The notes beneath the pieces are model-generated. The model was not told the origin of the DNA. It was given only the letters and a program-made list of their open reading frames with translations, and did no database searches. This document shows positions 36,258-46,523 of a stretch of DNA of 64,000 nt, one piece after another (the stretch's first letter is position 1; every line of letters begins with the position of its first letter). The stretch is from the IMG/VR virus record IMGVR_UViG_3300043540_000178, positions 6,864-70,863 of that record; one strand, 5' to 3'. The stretch comes from a virus. Made by a program: the position numbers and the translations under genes.

Positions 36258-37148
36258 TTAATATATCAATTGACTAGACATTTGACCAACATCATGCGTA
36301 GAATGTTGTATAAGTCCTTTCAATTCCCTATTTTCACTTTTATAACCTACAGGATTACTCATTATTCTGCAATGTTCTAACTGTTTGTCTATAAAATGAT
36401 GCGTATGACCATAACACCAATTAACTATATTTTGATTGTCTAAAATAAAATCACCAAGATCATTTGAAAAATATGAATTTAGAAAATCATTTGCATAACT
36501 TGAATCCACCAAGTTTGTTAATGGTGCATGATGCGTTATCACAACAACCTTTTTATTACGATTTTCTCTTGCTACATGCTTAATATAATCTAGATGCCGA
36601 TAATGTGTATCAATCCATTTTTGAGATGTAAATCTGATCCACTTACCATTCGGTTCTGTTTCGTATGCAATCTTACCATCATGACTCATTACTGTCTCCA
36701 TACTGACCATTTTAATTGGATCACTATTTGACATATCAGTCCAAAGAGTTGCCCCTACATATAAAACATCGTCGTCTTGATGTATGTCACAATCAAGCAC
36801 TTTAACATTTAATACACCCATATTATTAAGTAACTCATTTGCATGCTTGCCACCATCTTTAATAGTCAATGCATCATTTCCCGGCCAATAATCATGATTG
36901 CCCAATACTACCAATACTTGCTTAAATCTTGAGGCAACCTTACTTATCCAACTATATTCCATGTAATTTATGAATTTTGTGCCAGTCCAAATATCACCAG
37001 CAAGAATAAGTGTAGTATTATTTTCATCAGGTAAAACTTTAGGATACCAAAAAGGATCAACAAAGGGCGTTGTAGATAATCCTGTTTGCCGGAAGCCAGA
37101 TGCATACCAATCCAAATGCATGTCACTGTATAGTCTAAATTTACTCAT
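36258..37148 (-). CDS. Metallophosphoesterase (calcineurin-like)
   Basis: SDMH, AGD, GNHD, TLWTD, THHAP, GHTH, NP.GY. Confidence 0.9.
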   Translation of the reverse strand: MSKFRLYSDMHLDWYASGFRQTGLSTTPFVDPFWYPKVLPDENNTTLILAGDIWTGTKFINYMEYSWISKVASRFKQVLVVLGNHDYWPGNDALTIKDGGKHANELLNNMGVLNVKVLDCDIHQDDDVLYVGATLWTDMSNSDPIKMVSMETVMSHDGKIAYETEPNGKWIRFTSQKWIDTHYRHLDYIKHVARENRNKKVVVITHHAPLTNLVDSSYANDFLNSYFSNDLGDFILDNQNIVNWCYGHTHHFIDKQLEHCRIMSNPVGYKSENRELKGLIQHSTHDVGQMSSQLIY

Positions 37149-37165
37149 TGATTAACCATTTTTAT

Positions 37166-38569
37166 TTAACTAAAATCTATGTCCTGCACAGCATCACTGA
37201 TCTTTACTCTGCTGCCAAATTTGCTCTTATCAAACACAGGTTTATCATCTGTTTTACCTCGTTCACTCAGTGATTGTTGAGCACTTTCATCTAAATCATA
37301 AAATCTGAAGTGTGGTAAATCTACACCAGTCACGAAACGTCTGTAATAATTGACATCACCATAACGAGATTTCAGTTGCTTCCATAATATTTGACCCAAC
37401 TCATCCAATTCTTCTGTACGCATTCCGCCAATGAGTAGATCAACTGTCATCGGAAGTCCTCCAGACTCAGACGTATCCGACATTTCCATATCCGATGCTC
37501 CCCAACTCGACTTATTAGTTTGAGTTGCAGAAATAATAGGAACATCATTCAACACTGCCATACCTCTTAATTCCTCTGCAATAGATTTAATATATTGATA
37601 TGAATTGACACTACCGCCCATCTTTATTCTTTGAGAAGAGCATATGTTTAGGTAGTCAACAAAAATTATGTCTGGTTTAAAGTTTTTCTTGATTTGCAAT
37701 TCATCCAGCAATGCTTGGAAATGTCCTACATGCGCACCACTAGTTGGATATTCTTTGATAACTAACTGACCTTTGTATTGCTCTTGCATCTTTAATAATC
37801 TAGTTGAGAATTCATTTTTGTTTATTCGATGAAGCTCTTGTGGTGTCACATCAAGCAAATTACAATCAATTCGTTCAGCAATTTTCTCTTGTGCCATTTC
37901 AAGTGTGATGTAAAGAGCTTTGTATCCATTTTTCACGCAAAAAGCAGCATGGTCACACATGAACAAAGATTTACCAGTATTAGTCATCATCATTAATACG
38001 TTCAATGTCTTTGATGATACTCCACCATTTGTAATCTTGTTGAACACCTCTAACGGAAATGGTACTTTCTTTTCTTTCAGATGATAAAACTCCCAACGAT
38101 GTTCAAAATCACTTAGGTAGTCATGTCCTACATTCTTATAAAATGACACTGCCAATGCATCTTGCAGAATTGCTGGAATTGCATCTACTCCAAAATCTTT
38201 TGAATTTCCTTCCGTGATATTAATTGATTTTTCCAGCGCAAGATAAATTGCACGATCTTTGCAAAATTTCTCGGTGCGATCTGTTATCCAGTCTATGTTG
38301 TCAGATTTGGTTTCTTCAAATGATGAGATAATATTATCAGCTTCTACATACTCATCTTGATTAAATTTTGGATATTCTTTTGCAATTAATTTTAGAATCT
38401 TCTTCGTTGGACATTTATTGTGAGTCTCAAAAAATGTCGAAACAAAATTAAAAATAGCTCGGTCAACTTTATGAGTGAAATACTCAGATTTTAAATGCGG
38501 TAAAACATGACGGGAATATTCATCATTATTAACCAAGTTTTCGAGGATTAAGTGTTCTATTTTTTCCAT
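37166..38569 (-). CDS. 41: Replicative helicase gp41
   Basis: TNTGKS, ITLEM, IKEYPT, VDYLNI, IAEELRG, SATQ, SES.GLP.T.D, KQLKSRY; start at MEKIE. Confidence 0.96.
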   Translation of the reverse strand: MEKIEHLILENLVNNDEYSRHVLPHLKSEYFTHKVDRAIFNFVSTFFETHNKCPTKKILKLIAKEYPKFNQDEYVEADNIISSFEETKSDNIDWITDRTEKFCKDRAIYLALEKSINITEGNSKDFGVDAIPAILQDALAVSFYKNVGHDYLSDFEHRWEFYHLKEKKVPFPLEVFNKITNGGVSSKTLNVLMMMTNTGKSLFMCDHAAFCVKNGYKALYITLEMAQEKIAERIDCNLLDVTPQELHRINKNEFSTRLLKMQEQYKGQLVIKEYPTSGAHVGHFQALLDELQIKKNFKPDIIFVDYLNICSSQRIKMGGSVNSYQYIKSIAEELRGMAVLNDVPIISATQTNKSSWGASDMEMSDTSESGGLPMTVDLLIGGMRTEELDELGQILWKQLKSRYGDVNYYRRFVTGVDLPHFRFYDLDESAQQSLSERGKTDDKPVFDKSKFGSRVKISDAVQDIDFS

Positions 38570-38580
38570 AATATTAATAA

Positions 38581-38630
38581 TGACATTCAGGGGATAACCT
38601 ATTGTAGCAGGCATCTCCCCTGAATGTCAA
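38581..38630 (-). promoter_or_regulatory. Sigma70 promoter embedded in a 14-bp inverted repeat upstream of gene 41
   Basis: TTGACA-18nt-TACAAT with TGn extension; TGACATTCAGGGGA/TCCCCTGAATGTCA. Confidence 0.65.
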
Positions 38631-38641
38631 AATTGTAACTT

Positions 38642-38929
38642 TTAAATGCCACCTTTATAGACAATTTGTGGATTGTCGCTGGCCAGTTGTTCTTGCAGAA
38701 TTTCCATCAGAATATTTCCAATGTATTGACCAAATTCATTCCCAGTTTGTTCATCAAACTTCTCACCGGAAGTAACATCATAGTCAATAACAACAACCAA
38801 GTTATCGTCTGAAGGTTCAAATGCAACTCGTGAATAAGAATATTCAACACCAGCAAACTTACCTTCTGTTAGTCGAAATATCTTAAATCCGCCAGGCGAA
38901 AACTTTTCTGTAATTTCATATCTACTCAT
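38642..38929 (-). CDS. gp40-like protein
   Basis: Small acidic ORF between uvsX and 41 (gene 40 position); G.F.GV.Y.Y..V…IG.IL..I. Confidence 0.6.
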   Translation of the reverse strand: MSRYEITEKFSPGGFKIFRLTEGKFAGVEYSYSRVAFEPSDDNLVVVIDYDVTSGEKFDEQTGNEFGQYIGNILMEILQEQLASDNPQIVYKGGI

Positions 38930-39959
38930 TTTTGTCGCCTTGTTGAATGTTATTAATTGCCAATTGATATTTGGTGCGAACAAAATCATTGAATTTTTTG
39001 TTTGAAAGAATAGGTTTCATGAATTCCATGCTATTTGTATCTGCTTCACGCCACTTCTTATCTTCCAACTCACCAGTATCTGTGTCAACACGGGCATACC
39101 ATCCATTGCTAGGTTTCTTTACAATACCAGCTTCCATTGCTAGGTCTAGCAAACCTGACCACTTATTGATTCCACCATCAAATGTTACGGTAAATGGTAG
39201 CTTGCTTTTTTCTTTCACAAAACGAGATTTTTCAATATTAATTGTAAACTTGTAACCAACAACTTCTGTTCCTTCTTTTTCTTGTGAACGCCCGATAACA
39301 AACACTTGATTTGCTGAGTACATGACACCCGTACCGCCCGAAACAATTGTTTTTGCATAAAGACCAGTTTCTTCATAAACATGATTAATGACAATTGCTG
39401 GAATGTCCTTCATTGTCAAATGAGGTGTTATGATTCGGAACAAAGACTTTATTGACTTTGCACGTGTCATATCTGCTACACTTTTACCTTCTTCTGCATC
39501 TTCAACTTCTTTCTTTGAAGCAAGATTGCCTAGCGAGTCAATGAAGATGATTACTTTGTCTGTCTTTTTGATTTCTTCCAACTTCTTAACAATGTCGAAC
39601 TTCAACTGCTCAATATGAAGTATAGGAAGATGAATTACTCTATCACCATCAATTCCGTGCGCCCGTAAATACTCAGGGGTTACACCGAACTCAGAATCAT
39701 AAAAAAGACAAATTGCGTCAGGATATTTTTCCATATATGCGCTAACTGCAACAAGTCCTAGGTTTGTTTTGAAAAATTTTGAAGGACCTGCAATGACAGT
39801 TAAACCTGAAACTAACCCACCATCCAATGAACCTGAAAATGCAGCATTGATAATTGGTATTTTTGTTTGAACAATGTTCTTCGGTTTAAAGAAGTTTGAT
39901 TGTGATATTACTTCAGATGAGATTGCGCCAGTGGCTTTTAGTTTCTCTAGTAGTGACAT
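38922..39959 (-). CDS. uvsX: RecA-like recombinase UvsX
   Basis: AGPSKFFKT, FYDSEFG, IDSLGNLASKKE, DMTRAK, SGGTG..YSA, EKSRFVKEK. Confidence 0.97.
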   Translation of the reverse strand: MSLLEKLKATGAISSEVISQSNFFKPKNIVQTKIPIINAAFSGSLDGGLVSGLTVIAGPSKFFKTNLGLVAVSAYMEKYPDAICLFYDSEFGVTPEYLRAHGIDGDRVIHLPILHIEQLKFDIVKKLEEIKKTDKVIIFIDSLGNLASKKEVEDAEEGKSVADMTRAKSIKSLFRIITPHLTMKDIPAIVINHVYEETGLYAKTIVSGGTGVMYSANQVFVIGRSQEKEGTEVVGYKFTINIEKSRFVKEKSKLPFTVTFDGGINKWSGLLDLAMEAGIVKKPSNGWYARVDTDTGELEDKKWREADTNSMEFMKPILSNKKFNDFVRTKYQLAINNIQQGDKNE

Positions 39960-40015
39960 TTATATTCCTTTTTGTAATTACGGTTGATTGATTCAGTGTT
40001 ATCCGCGCACTGTTT

Positions 40016-40561
40016 TTATTTATTCAGATGTGCAAGTTCTAAATGGCGTTCGATAAACAATTTTTTTGCATCATTGGGGGATAGTGCTTTTAATGGTATC
40101 ATTTCCGGCATCATTTCAGATATAGTAACATCTTTAAAACAATCCCATGCAATATCATCTAATGGCATAAAACTGTATCTTTCAATCATAAGTGCTTGCA
40201 AGTCTGCATTTTTTACGGCAGGATTTAACACAGATGAAATACCATAGTGTTTCCATATAACTTGCTCTAAATTATGTTCAATTTTTTTGAATTCTGGAAG
40301 TAATTGTTTTAATGGTGTGGGTATATCTCCTAAGAATGCTTCAGCATCATCATGATGTAATGCATCCCATGCAAATTCTTTTGGTGCAAGATGGCTAACC
40401 AATACTGCATGTTGAGAAACTGAATAAAATTCTCTGCAATGGCCTCCGAATCGGCATGTATTAGCTAATGCATGTGCAATATCTTCAAGTAATATTTTGT
40501 TTTGTTCAGGGTAAAGTAGATTAAAATAATTTCCACTAAACGTCATAATAATTGGTTCCAT
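40016..40561 (-). CDS. HD-domain 5'-deoxynucleotidase-like protein (YfbR/YfdR-like)
   Basis: DIAHAL…RFGGH…YSVSQH, HHDDAEAFLGDI.TPLK, VK.AD. Confidence 0.9.
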   Translation of the reverse strand: MEPIIMTFSGNYFNLLYPEQNKILLEDIAHALANTCRFGGHCREFYSVSQHAVLVSHLAPKEFAWDALHHDDAEAFLGDIPTPLKQLLPEFKKIEHNLEQVIWKHYGISSVLNPAVKNADLQALMIERYSFMPLDDIAWDCFKDVTISEMMPEMIPLKALSPNDAKKLFIERHLELAHLNK

Positions 40562-40576
40562 TTGATCTCCTAATAA

Positions 40577-40756
40577 TTAGTAATTTTCCAACCATACCTT
40601 TCCACAATAGTTACATTTTTTAAATTTTACTATATCACCGTCTGCTGATTGTTGCTCAATAAATTCTATTGGATGAGTGCACGTCTCTTGTACTGCTTGC
40701 AATTTCTTCCAATGCTTGTTAATTTCCTTCTGATATTTTTTGTAAGGTGTGCTCAT
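40577..40756 (-). CDS. Small Cys/His protein (59 aa)
   Basis: Start overlaps the gene 43 stop; CTH…CNYCGK. Confidence 0.55.
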   Translation of the reverse strand: MSTPYKKYQKEINKHWKKLQAVQETCTHPIEFIEQQSADGDIVKFKKCNYCGKVWLENY

Positions 40757-43266
40757 CCGAAAAACTCTTCCAAAGAACTAAAATCATCTAAATGCCAACC
40801 AGCTGCATCTGTTAATGATGTCAAAGGTTTTTTAAATGTAGTTTCAAATTGAAGTTCATAGTCAATATAATGATGCAAGTTCAATTCTTTCGGTAATTTC
40901 CCTGCAGAAGGAAATGCAATTACATTTTCATTAATTGGGTTGGGCAATTTAAGATATAAAAATTTTATCTTATCCCCATTTTGAATTGAATCATAATTGT
41001 ATTTCTCTGCATAACAATTATACAATATTGAACCTCTAACATGCAATGGACATGCTTTTTTATATGATTTGCCATCCATCCATTTATCAAGATCTGAAAC
41101 ACCACGAGGAGATGCAATATCTTCCGCTGGAAGATTACAAAACTCATCATAAATGTTCTCAAAATATGATCTTAGGAACTTTTCATCCTTTTCAAAAATA
41201 TATTTGACGCATTCTTTCAACTTTGTCCTGCACCATGATGGAGTTGAAGATCTCACAATTTCAATGCCCATAATCTTAAGCTTCGGTGTTGGATATGAAA
41301 CACCTTCAGAATTGTGAACATACATAGCATAGTTCTTTTTTGCACGAATTAGAGTCTTTGACGCAATTGCTTCACGTTTGCTATTCATGACTTTTTTGTA
41401 TCCATTTGTTAACTTGAATATGTAATCTATAGAATCATTGATTACTGGTTGACAAATTTGTTCACCAAACTTATCCAAAAACTTCACAATGCTATCAGTG
41501 TCATTTGACACAGTTCGCAATGAGATCATTTTATGAACTAACTCATTACAATCCAAATATACCGAATCTGTATCAGCAAGTGCAATGTAGTCGGTTGATG
41601 TGTGCAATATTTCGTTCAGCTTATCGTTCAACTTAATTGCAACATGCTTATCAGATAACTGACCTGTTGTTGTAATTGCTTCAGCCATTCTATATTCATA
41701 GTACAAAAATCCTTCATTACCGATTGCACCATATGCAGCGTTTGCTGCAATTTTCAAAGCCATTTGTCTATTGTGCAATGCTGCAATTCGAGGTTGTAAA
41801 GATGAATCCTTCGTTTGCTGGTATTCAGATTCTAACTTCAACATCTCTTGTTTAGCTAAACCACGGCCCTCAACAACATATTCCATCAGTTCAGCTAAGA
41901 AACCTTTTACATTCTTTCTATACATTGAACCGTTTGCCGCAATTGTATAGTCATTTGCTTTTGCGTATTCACAACATTGAATAACTGAATTGTCGTTCTG
42001 CAAGAATTTATCGGGTGTCAATGGTTGATAGTCGTCTATGAATGTTTCAGGTGACATATTCCATTGCATAATTATTCGAGGATACAGTCCCGCAAAGTCG
42101 AAAGACATCATCCATCCATACATTCCGGGTTTGACATCTTTAACCCATGCACCATCAAATGATGCACTTAAAATCTTTCTGTGTGGTGGAACTGCAATTT
42201 TCTTTTGTGAAAGATGATTGTAAATAAAAATCTCCCACGGCAATACTGTTTTGTAAATGTCAGGAATATTGCACTTATACAAGAAAGCCAGACTGAATGC
42301 CAATTCAATCAACTTCATCTTCTCTTCAAGTTTCTTTACAAGTAAAGTGTCTTTTGCATTATATGCAACGAATGTTTGAAAGTGATTATTGTATGCATCC
42401 TTAAAAGATTCACCCGGTAATTCAACTTTTGTTTCGCCCAGTTCTTCTTGTGCAATATATCCCAATGCATATGACTCTTTTGAACCATATGTAAACTTTT
42501 TGTACAACTCAAGATAATCGAGTGACACAATACCAAAAATGTCAAAGGTCTGAACTTCACGACCACGAATCTCAATTGTTTTTTCACGAATGTAGTTAAA
42601 TGGTGATAACTTTTTAACCATATCATCATCAAACAATCTCATAATTCGATTGACAATATAAGGCGTATCAAACTGGTCGATGTTCCATCCTGTCCAAACA
42701 TCAAATTTGTGCAGTTGATTATATGCAATAAAATATTTCAACATTGAATATTCATCATTGAACTGGATATATTCAAAGTTATCGTCTTCTTGTTTTGTGT
42801 ATGGCTTTAATCCCAAAACAATTGTTTTATTTACTGTTGAATTGTGCAAAGAAATTAGAGTTATTGGTGCATTTGCTGATTGAATATCAGGGAAAGATCC
42901 ATTATCGGAAATACATTCAATATCTAATGTCAGAATTTTGACTAGTCTTAGGTCATATACAATATCACCCGGGAAATTATCGTGAATGTACTGATATTGC
43001 CATTTTTCTTGTCCATGAATTTTGAAACCTTCAACATCTTTGTACTGCTCACGAAAATCTCGTGCCTCTTTTATTGTGTCAAATTTAATTGGTTCGAGTG
43101 GTTTGTTGTCATACAATGATCTCCACTCTGATTTTGGATTCTTTGATTGAATATAAAGTGTCGGGGAAAAAGGTATTTTTTCTGTAAATTGCTTATCACC
43201 GTCATATCCTCTTACTAGGATATTATTTCCGATGACGTTACAATATGTATAAAATTTATTGTGCAT
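40753..43266 (-). CDS. 43: Family B DNA polymerase gp43
   Basis: DIE exonuclease motif, TGWN..FD, SFDFAGLYP, K..AN..YG, DTDS, KREAI, KKNY. Confidence 0.98.
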   Translation of the reverse strand: MHNKFYTYCNVIGNNILVRGYDGDKQFTEKIPFSPTLYIQSKNPKSEWRSLYDNKPLEPIKFDTIKEARDFREQYKDVEGFKIHGQEKWQYQYIHDNFPGDIVYDLRLVKILTLDIECISDNGSFPDIQSANAPITLISLHNSTVNKTIVLGLKPYTKQEDDNFEYIQFNDEYSMLKYFIAYNQLHKFDVWTGWNIDQFDTPYIVNRIMRLFDDDMVKKLSPFNYIREKTIEIRGREVQTFDIFGIVSLDYLELYKKFTYGSKESYALGYIAQEELGETKVELPGESFKDAYNNHFQTFVAYNAKDTLLVKKLEEKMKLIELAFSLAFLYKCNIPDIYKTVLPWEIFIYNHLSQKKIAVPPHRKILSASFDGAWVKDVKPGMYGWMMSFDFAGLYPRIIMQWNMSPETFIDDYQPLTPDKFLQNDNSVIQCCEYAKANDYTIAANGSMYRKNVKGFLAELMEYVVEGRGLAKQEMLKLESEYQQTKDSSLQPRIAALHNRQMALKIAANAAYGAIGNEGFLYYEYRMAEAITTTGQLSDKHVAIKLNDKLNEILHTSTDYIALADTDSVYLDCNELVHKMISLRTVSNDTDSIVKFLDKFGEQICQPVINDSIDYIFKLTNGYKKVMNSKREAIASKTLIRAKKNYAMYVHNSEGVSYPTPKLKIMGIEIVRSSTPSWCRTKLKECVKYIFEKDEKFLRSYFENIYDEFCNLPAEDIASPRGVSDLDKWMDGKSYKKACPLHVRGSILYNCYAEKYNYDSIQNGDKIKFLYLKLPNPINENVIAFPSAGKLPKELNLHHYIDYELQFETTFKKPLTSLTDAAGWHLDDFSSLEEFFG

Positions 43267-43276
43267 AATAACTCCT

Positions 43277-43301
43277 TCTCAATGCTATTATTGCATTGAG
43301 A
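43277..43301 (-). promoter_or_regulatory. Hairpin abutting the gene 43 SD (candidate translational operator)
   Basis: UCUCAAUGC-AAUAAUA-GCAUUGAGA then AGGAG. Confidence 0.55.
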
Positions 43302-43323
43302 TTAATGTTTTTCAAATTTCTGA

Positions 43324-44181
43324 CTATCCCTTAAATGGATGTTTAACGGTATAACTGAACGGATTGGTAGTTGTTTGTTCTTGTTCAGGTTCATCATCTT
43401 CTACCAATTCAAACAAATCTAATGGAATATCTTTTTCTTTTTGGATGCGTTTACGACGAGCTCTGTTCTTCTCTTCATTTTCTTTGGTTTCTTCAAGCAA
43501 TTGTTCTTTGCGATGCTGAATCATGACACTAACTGCAATGGTCAATGCCAGAGTCAATGGATCAAACACTGATACTATAAACAAAATGAACCACTTCACA
43601 CCTTCATCGGTAGATATCCCTAGTGCTTGTGAGATATACATAATCGGCCCAATGTGAGCTTGCGCATCAATTTGTTTGCTCTTCAATTCTGTTATCTGTT
43701 CATCTAGTTGATTAATTCTAGTTGTCACCTCATTTTGCTCTTTCTCGAATTGCTTTGCCAGCTTAACCCTGGATGCCACTCGATCTGAAGGCAACTGTGC
43801 AATTTGAGTGTCTATTTCATGTTTGCGTTCAATTTTTCGTAATCGTTCATCATCAAGTTGTTCGATTCGAACTGATACTTGTTTTAATGCAATAGAATCT
43901 TGCTGATACCCTTTTGACAAATATCCAAAATGACCTGTTATAGTTATCATGGTTAGAACAATAACAAATATTGTCATTGGAATGGTTAGAAGTTTTGGAG
44001 CATACGACCAATAACGATACAAGAATGAGGCACTGGCAAGTTTGCCAGCACCCAAGACAGTTCCCATAGCAACAACAGACCAAAAGATCGACGGGAATGT
44101 TGCAGCCATCCCGATAATTGAGAAAGACTCAGAAACAATTGCAAGTGCCAGTGCTATTATTATACTAATGAAGATGAACAT
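43324..44181 (-). CDS. Membrane protein with central coiled coil
   Basis: Three N-terminal TMs, G.FGYLS, coiled coil, IGPI.Y, IV.VFDPL.L. Confidence 0.75.
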   Translation of the reverse strand: MFIFISIIIALALAIVSESFSIIGMAATFPSIFWSVVAMGTVLGAGKLASASFLYRYWSYAPKLLTIPMTIFVIVLTMITITGHFGYLSKGYQQDSIALKQVSVRIEQLDDERLRKIERKHEIDTQIAQLPSDRVASRVKLAKQFEKEQNEVTTRINQLDEQITELKSKQIDAQAHIGPIMYISQALGISTDEGVKWFILFIVSVFDPLTLALTIAVSVMIQHRKEQLLEETKENEEKNRARRKRIQKEKDIPLDLFELVEDDEPEQEQTTTNPFSYTVKHPFKG

Positions 44182-44191
44182 TATTCAATTT

Positions 44192-44584
44192 TCAAGATGA
44201 ATCAGAATCATTTTTGAGATTGCGATGTACCCCACTAGGGCGATCATCACCGTCCGGATAATGTTTTGAGTAATAAGTTAGCATACGAAGATTGCATATC
44301 GCATGTGCAAGATGCGGTAATCCAGATTCTGGATCAAGTTCCTCCCCTTGTTGCCATGCAGACATGTGTCGCATAAGACATGCAAATGGAACTGACCATG
44401 CCATGCCTTTAGTCCAATTCCATGCGGCATATTTCTTTGCACCATACTCCCATACCCTAGCTTCATCAGCTAAGGTATCAAATGGAATCAAAGAATAGTC
44501 TGGTTTGCCTGCATTGTAGCGAGCACCAGAACCCCTTTTTGACGAATTAATATCGCCAATTCCTCCAATATTATTTTCTATCAT
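44192..44584 (-). CDS. dATP/dGTP diphosphohydrolase-like protein
   Basis: GKP.YSLIP…YGAKKY..WNW.KG…RH…GE..DPESGLPHLAHA.CN. Confidence 0.85.
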   Translation of the reverse strand: MIENNIGGIGDINSSKRGSGARYNAGKPDYSLIPFDTLADEARVWEYGAKKYAAWNWTKGMAWSVPFACLMRHMSAWQQGEELDPESGLPHLAHAICNLRMLTYYSKHYPDGDDRPSGVHRNLKNDSDSS

Positions 44585-44591
44585 TTGTGAT

Positions 44592-44762
44592 CTAAATCAA
44601 ATTGAAGTTGTCCAACACATCCCACATAATATCTTCGCATTGTTGCAATGTTGTCGGTTTAATGTATTCTTTGCTTACATTATAAGCCGCAAGTGCTTTT
44701 TCTGCAAAATCTATATCTTGATTTATGATGAACAACTCAATGTCTTTTTCTGTTTTGAACAT
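44592..44762 (-). CDS. Small hypothetical protein (56 aa)
   Basis: GAGGTG SD; fills the gap in the operon. Confidence 0.5.
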   Translation of the reverse strand: MFKTEKDIELFIINQDIDFAEKALAAYNVSKEYIKPTTLQQCEDIMWDVLDNFNLI

Positions 44763-44777
44763 TTAATCACCTCTTAA

Positions 44778-46031
44778 TTATTTTACTTCTGGCAAACTAT
44801 TTGCAACATCTTTATCAAAACGAACACCCAAGAACCTAGGCAAGAATAAAGATGCAGGACCACCATTCTTATCTTGGATTTTCTGATTGTACATGACCTC
44901 TACAATTCTACCAATCATTGAATAATCAAAATATTCATCACGCTGTTCATCTGAAAATCCTGTTCCAACATTGACACGAAGAAGCTTATCTGCTGTTTCA
45001 CACACCAATGCACCCAAACGACCAGCATTCTTTCCTGTACCTTCTTCTATGCCAACTACAACAAGATCAGCAACTTCTTCTGCTTTCATTTTTCCGATAT
45101 TCTTGCTTCGTTTTGGTTCCCATACCATATCCATGTTTTTAATCATTGCACCCTCTTCCCCAGCAGATATGCAAGTCTCAAAAAATTCCTGGGCTTCTTC
45201 TTTGGTGTTAACAATATGTGTTTGCAAAACTTTTATTTTATCGTTATATTGAGTGTTTGTCAAACGTTCTATGCGCTTGCTGTATGGAATAGTTGAGGTG
45301 AAGTCAACAATATCCCATGCATGGTACACTAGCATTTCGGCTTCTTCTTTGCTGATAGTACCTTTAACTGCTTTATTTACAATGCCGTTACCTGTTTTGC
45401 GGTCAAGAATTTTACCATCTTGCATCACAAGCAATTCACCATCTAGAGTTTCGCCTTCCTTGACCATATTTGCTAAGGATTCATCAAACATACCATGCAA
45501 TTCAATTGGTTTTCCATTACGTGAAAATGCAACGGCTTTTCCGGCTTGCAGAGTCATATGAGCACGTGCGCCATCTAATTTAACTTGCGCGTATGCAGGG
45601 AACTTGATACCTGAAATATCCTTGTGAGAAAGCATTACGTCAAATGTAGGAACAAGGCCAGGCCATACACGTGATGCCAATGTATCTGAAGTATTACATC
45701 TAAGATCACGTTGAATTATTCGCTCCAGTACAACAGCATCATCCTGTGATAAATCAGAAAGCAATGTAGTCAAACGATCAATTGCATTATTGCCTGTGAC
45801 TTGTCTTGCAATAAATGGTTGCAATTCATCTAATGTGTCATTCAACGAAACATTTTTACCAGATGTTGTGTAATGCGGAATTTGTTTAATACCATATGTC
45901 ACCATTGGATTATATGCCAACTGAAAAACTCTTTTCAGTAACTTGTTATCCTTTTCACGTTGCAAAATAGAAACTTTTGCATTCGTGGACGGCTCATTGG
46001 CCAATTCTTCAATAATGCTTAAAATTTTCAT
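44778..46031 (-). CDS. 30: ATP-dependent DNA ligase gp30
   Basis: KLDGAR, SRNGK, LDGEL, EGAMIK, K.K, VGTGFSD, LFLPRF..R.DK. Confidence 0.96.
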   Translation of the reverse strand: MKILSIIEELANEPSTNAKVSILQREKDNKLLKRVFQLAYNPMVTYGIKQIPHYTTSGKNVSLNDTLDELQPFIARQVTGNNAIDRLTTLLSDLSQDDAVVLERIIQRDLRCNTSDTLASRVWPGLVPTFDVMLSHKDISGIKFPAYAQVKLDGARAHMTLQAGKAVAFSRNGKPIELHGMFDESLANMVKEGETLDGELLVMQDGKILDRKTGNGIVNKAVKGTISKEEAEMLVYHAWDIVDFTSTIPYSKRIERLTNTQYNDKIKVLQTHIVNTKEEAQEFFETCISAGEEGAMIKNMDMVWEPKRSKNIGKMKAEEVADLVVVGIEEGTGKNAGRLGALVCETADKLLRVNVGTGFSDEQRDEYFDYSMIGRIVEVMYNQKIQDKNGGPASLFLPRFLGVRFDKDVANSLPEVK

Positions 46032-46195
46032 TTTATTTCCTGTAACTGGAAATTGTAAATAGACTTTGCTTCTTTTCGGATCGCATTTACTGTTTTCAGC
46101 TTTTCACGTTGCATCTTGATAGCAGAACGAAGCTCATTCAGTTGAATTTGCGCCGGAGTCAATTCCTTTTTGATCTTCACATTTTTTTGAGTCAT
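46028..46195 (-). CDS. Small basic protein
   Basis: AAGGA SD before MTQKNV; stop overlaps the ligase start. Confidence 0.55.
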   Translation of the reverse strand: MTQKNVKIKKELTPAQIQLNELRSAIKMQREKLKTVNAIRKEAKSIYNFQLQEIK

Positions 46196-46243
46196 AATAT
46201 GTCCTTTCATTCTTAAATTTAAGAATAAACTTGCACACTGCAT

Positions 46244-46295
46244 ATTTTACATATTGATGAACTATCTTTCAAGCAATATCATTAACTATTTGATT
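46244..46295 (-). promoter_or_regulatory. Early promoter with IHF-like box
   Basis: AATCAAATAGTTA-10nt-TTGAAA-17nt-TAAAAT. Confidence 0.7.
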
Positions 46296-46523
46296 TTATT
46301 CATTATGACTTTCTTGTTGTTTTTCTTCATCTTTATTTGGATGGATTATTTCTGCCCATTCATCACCATTTGATACATTGAACTCGTGTGCAGGCAACAA
46401 GATATGTGAATGCAGAACACCTTGGTAATATCTAGGAGAATCTAGTTTACAGATGAAATATTGCTTACCATCTAAAGCAAAGGAACCAAGCACATTAAAT
46501 TCAACGTTAGATTTAGTTTTCAT
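46296..46523 (-). CDS. Hypothetical protein
   Basis: Abuts the PRTase stop. Confidence 0.55.
   Translation of the reverse strand: MKTKSNVEFNVLGSFALDGKQYFICKLDSPRYYQGVLHSHILLPAHEFNVSNGDEWAEIIHPNKDEEKQQESHNE

Noticed and set aside
40016-44584. 2-aminoadenine (Z) genome suggested by HD and dATP/dGTP hydrolases
   Set aside because: No PurZ/PurA-like gene is in the window, and these hydrolases are widespread. It cannot be excluded for the rest of the genome.
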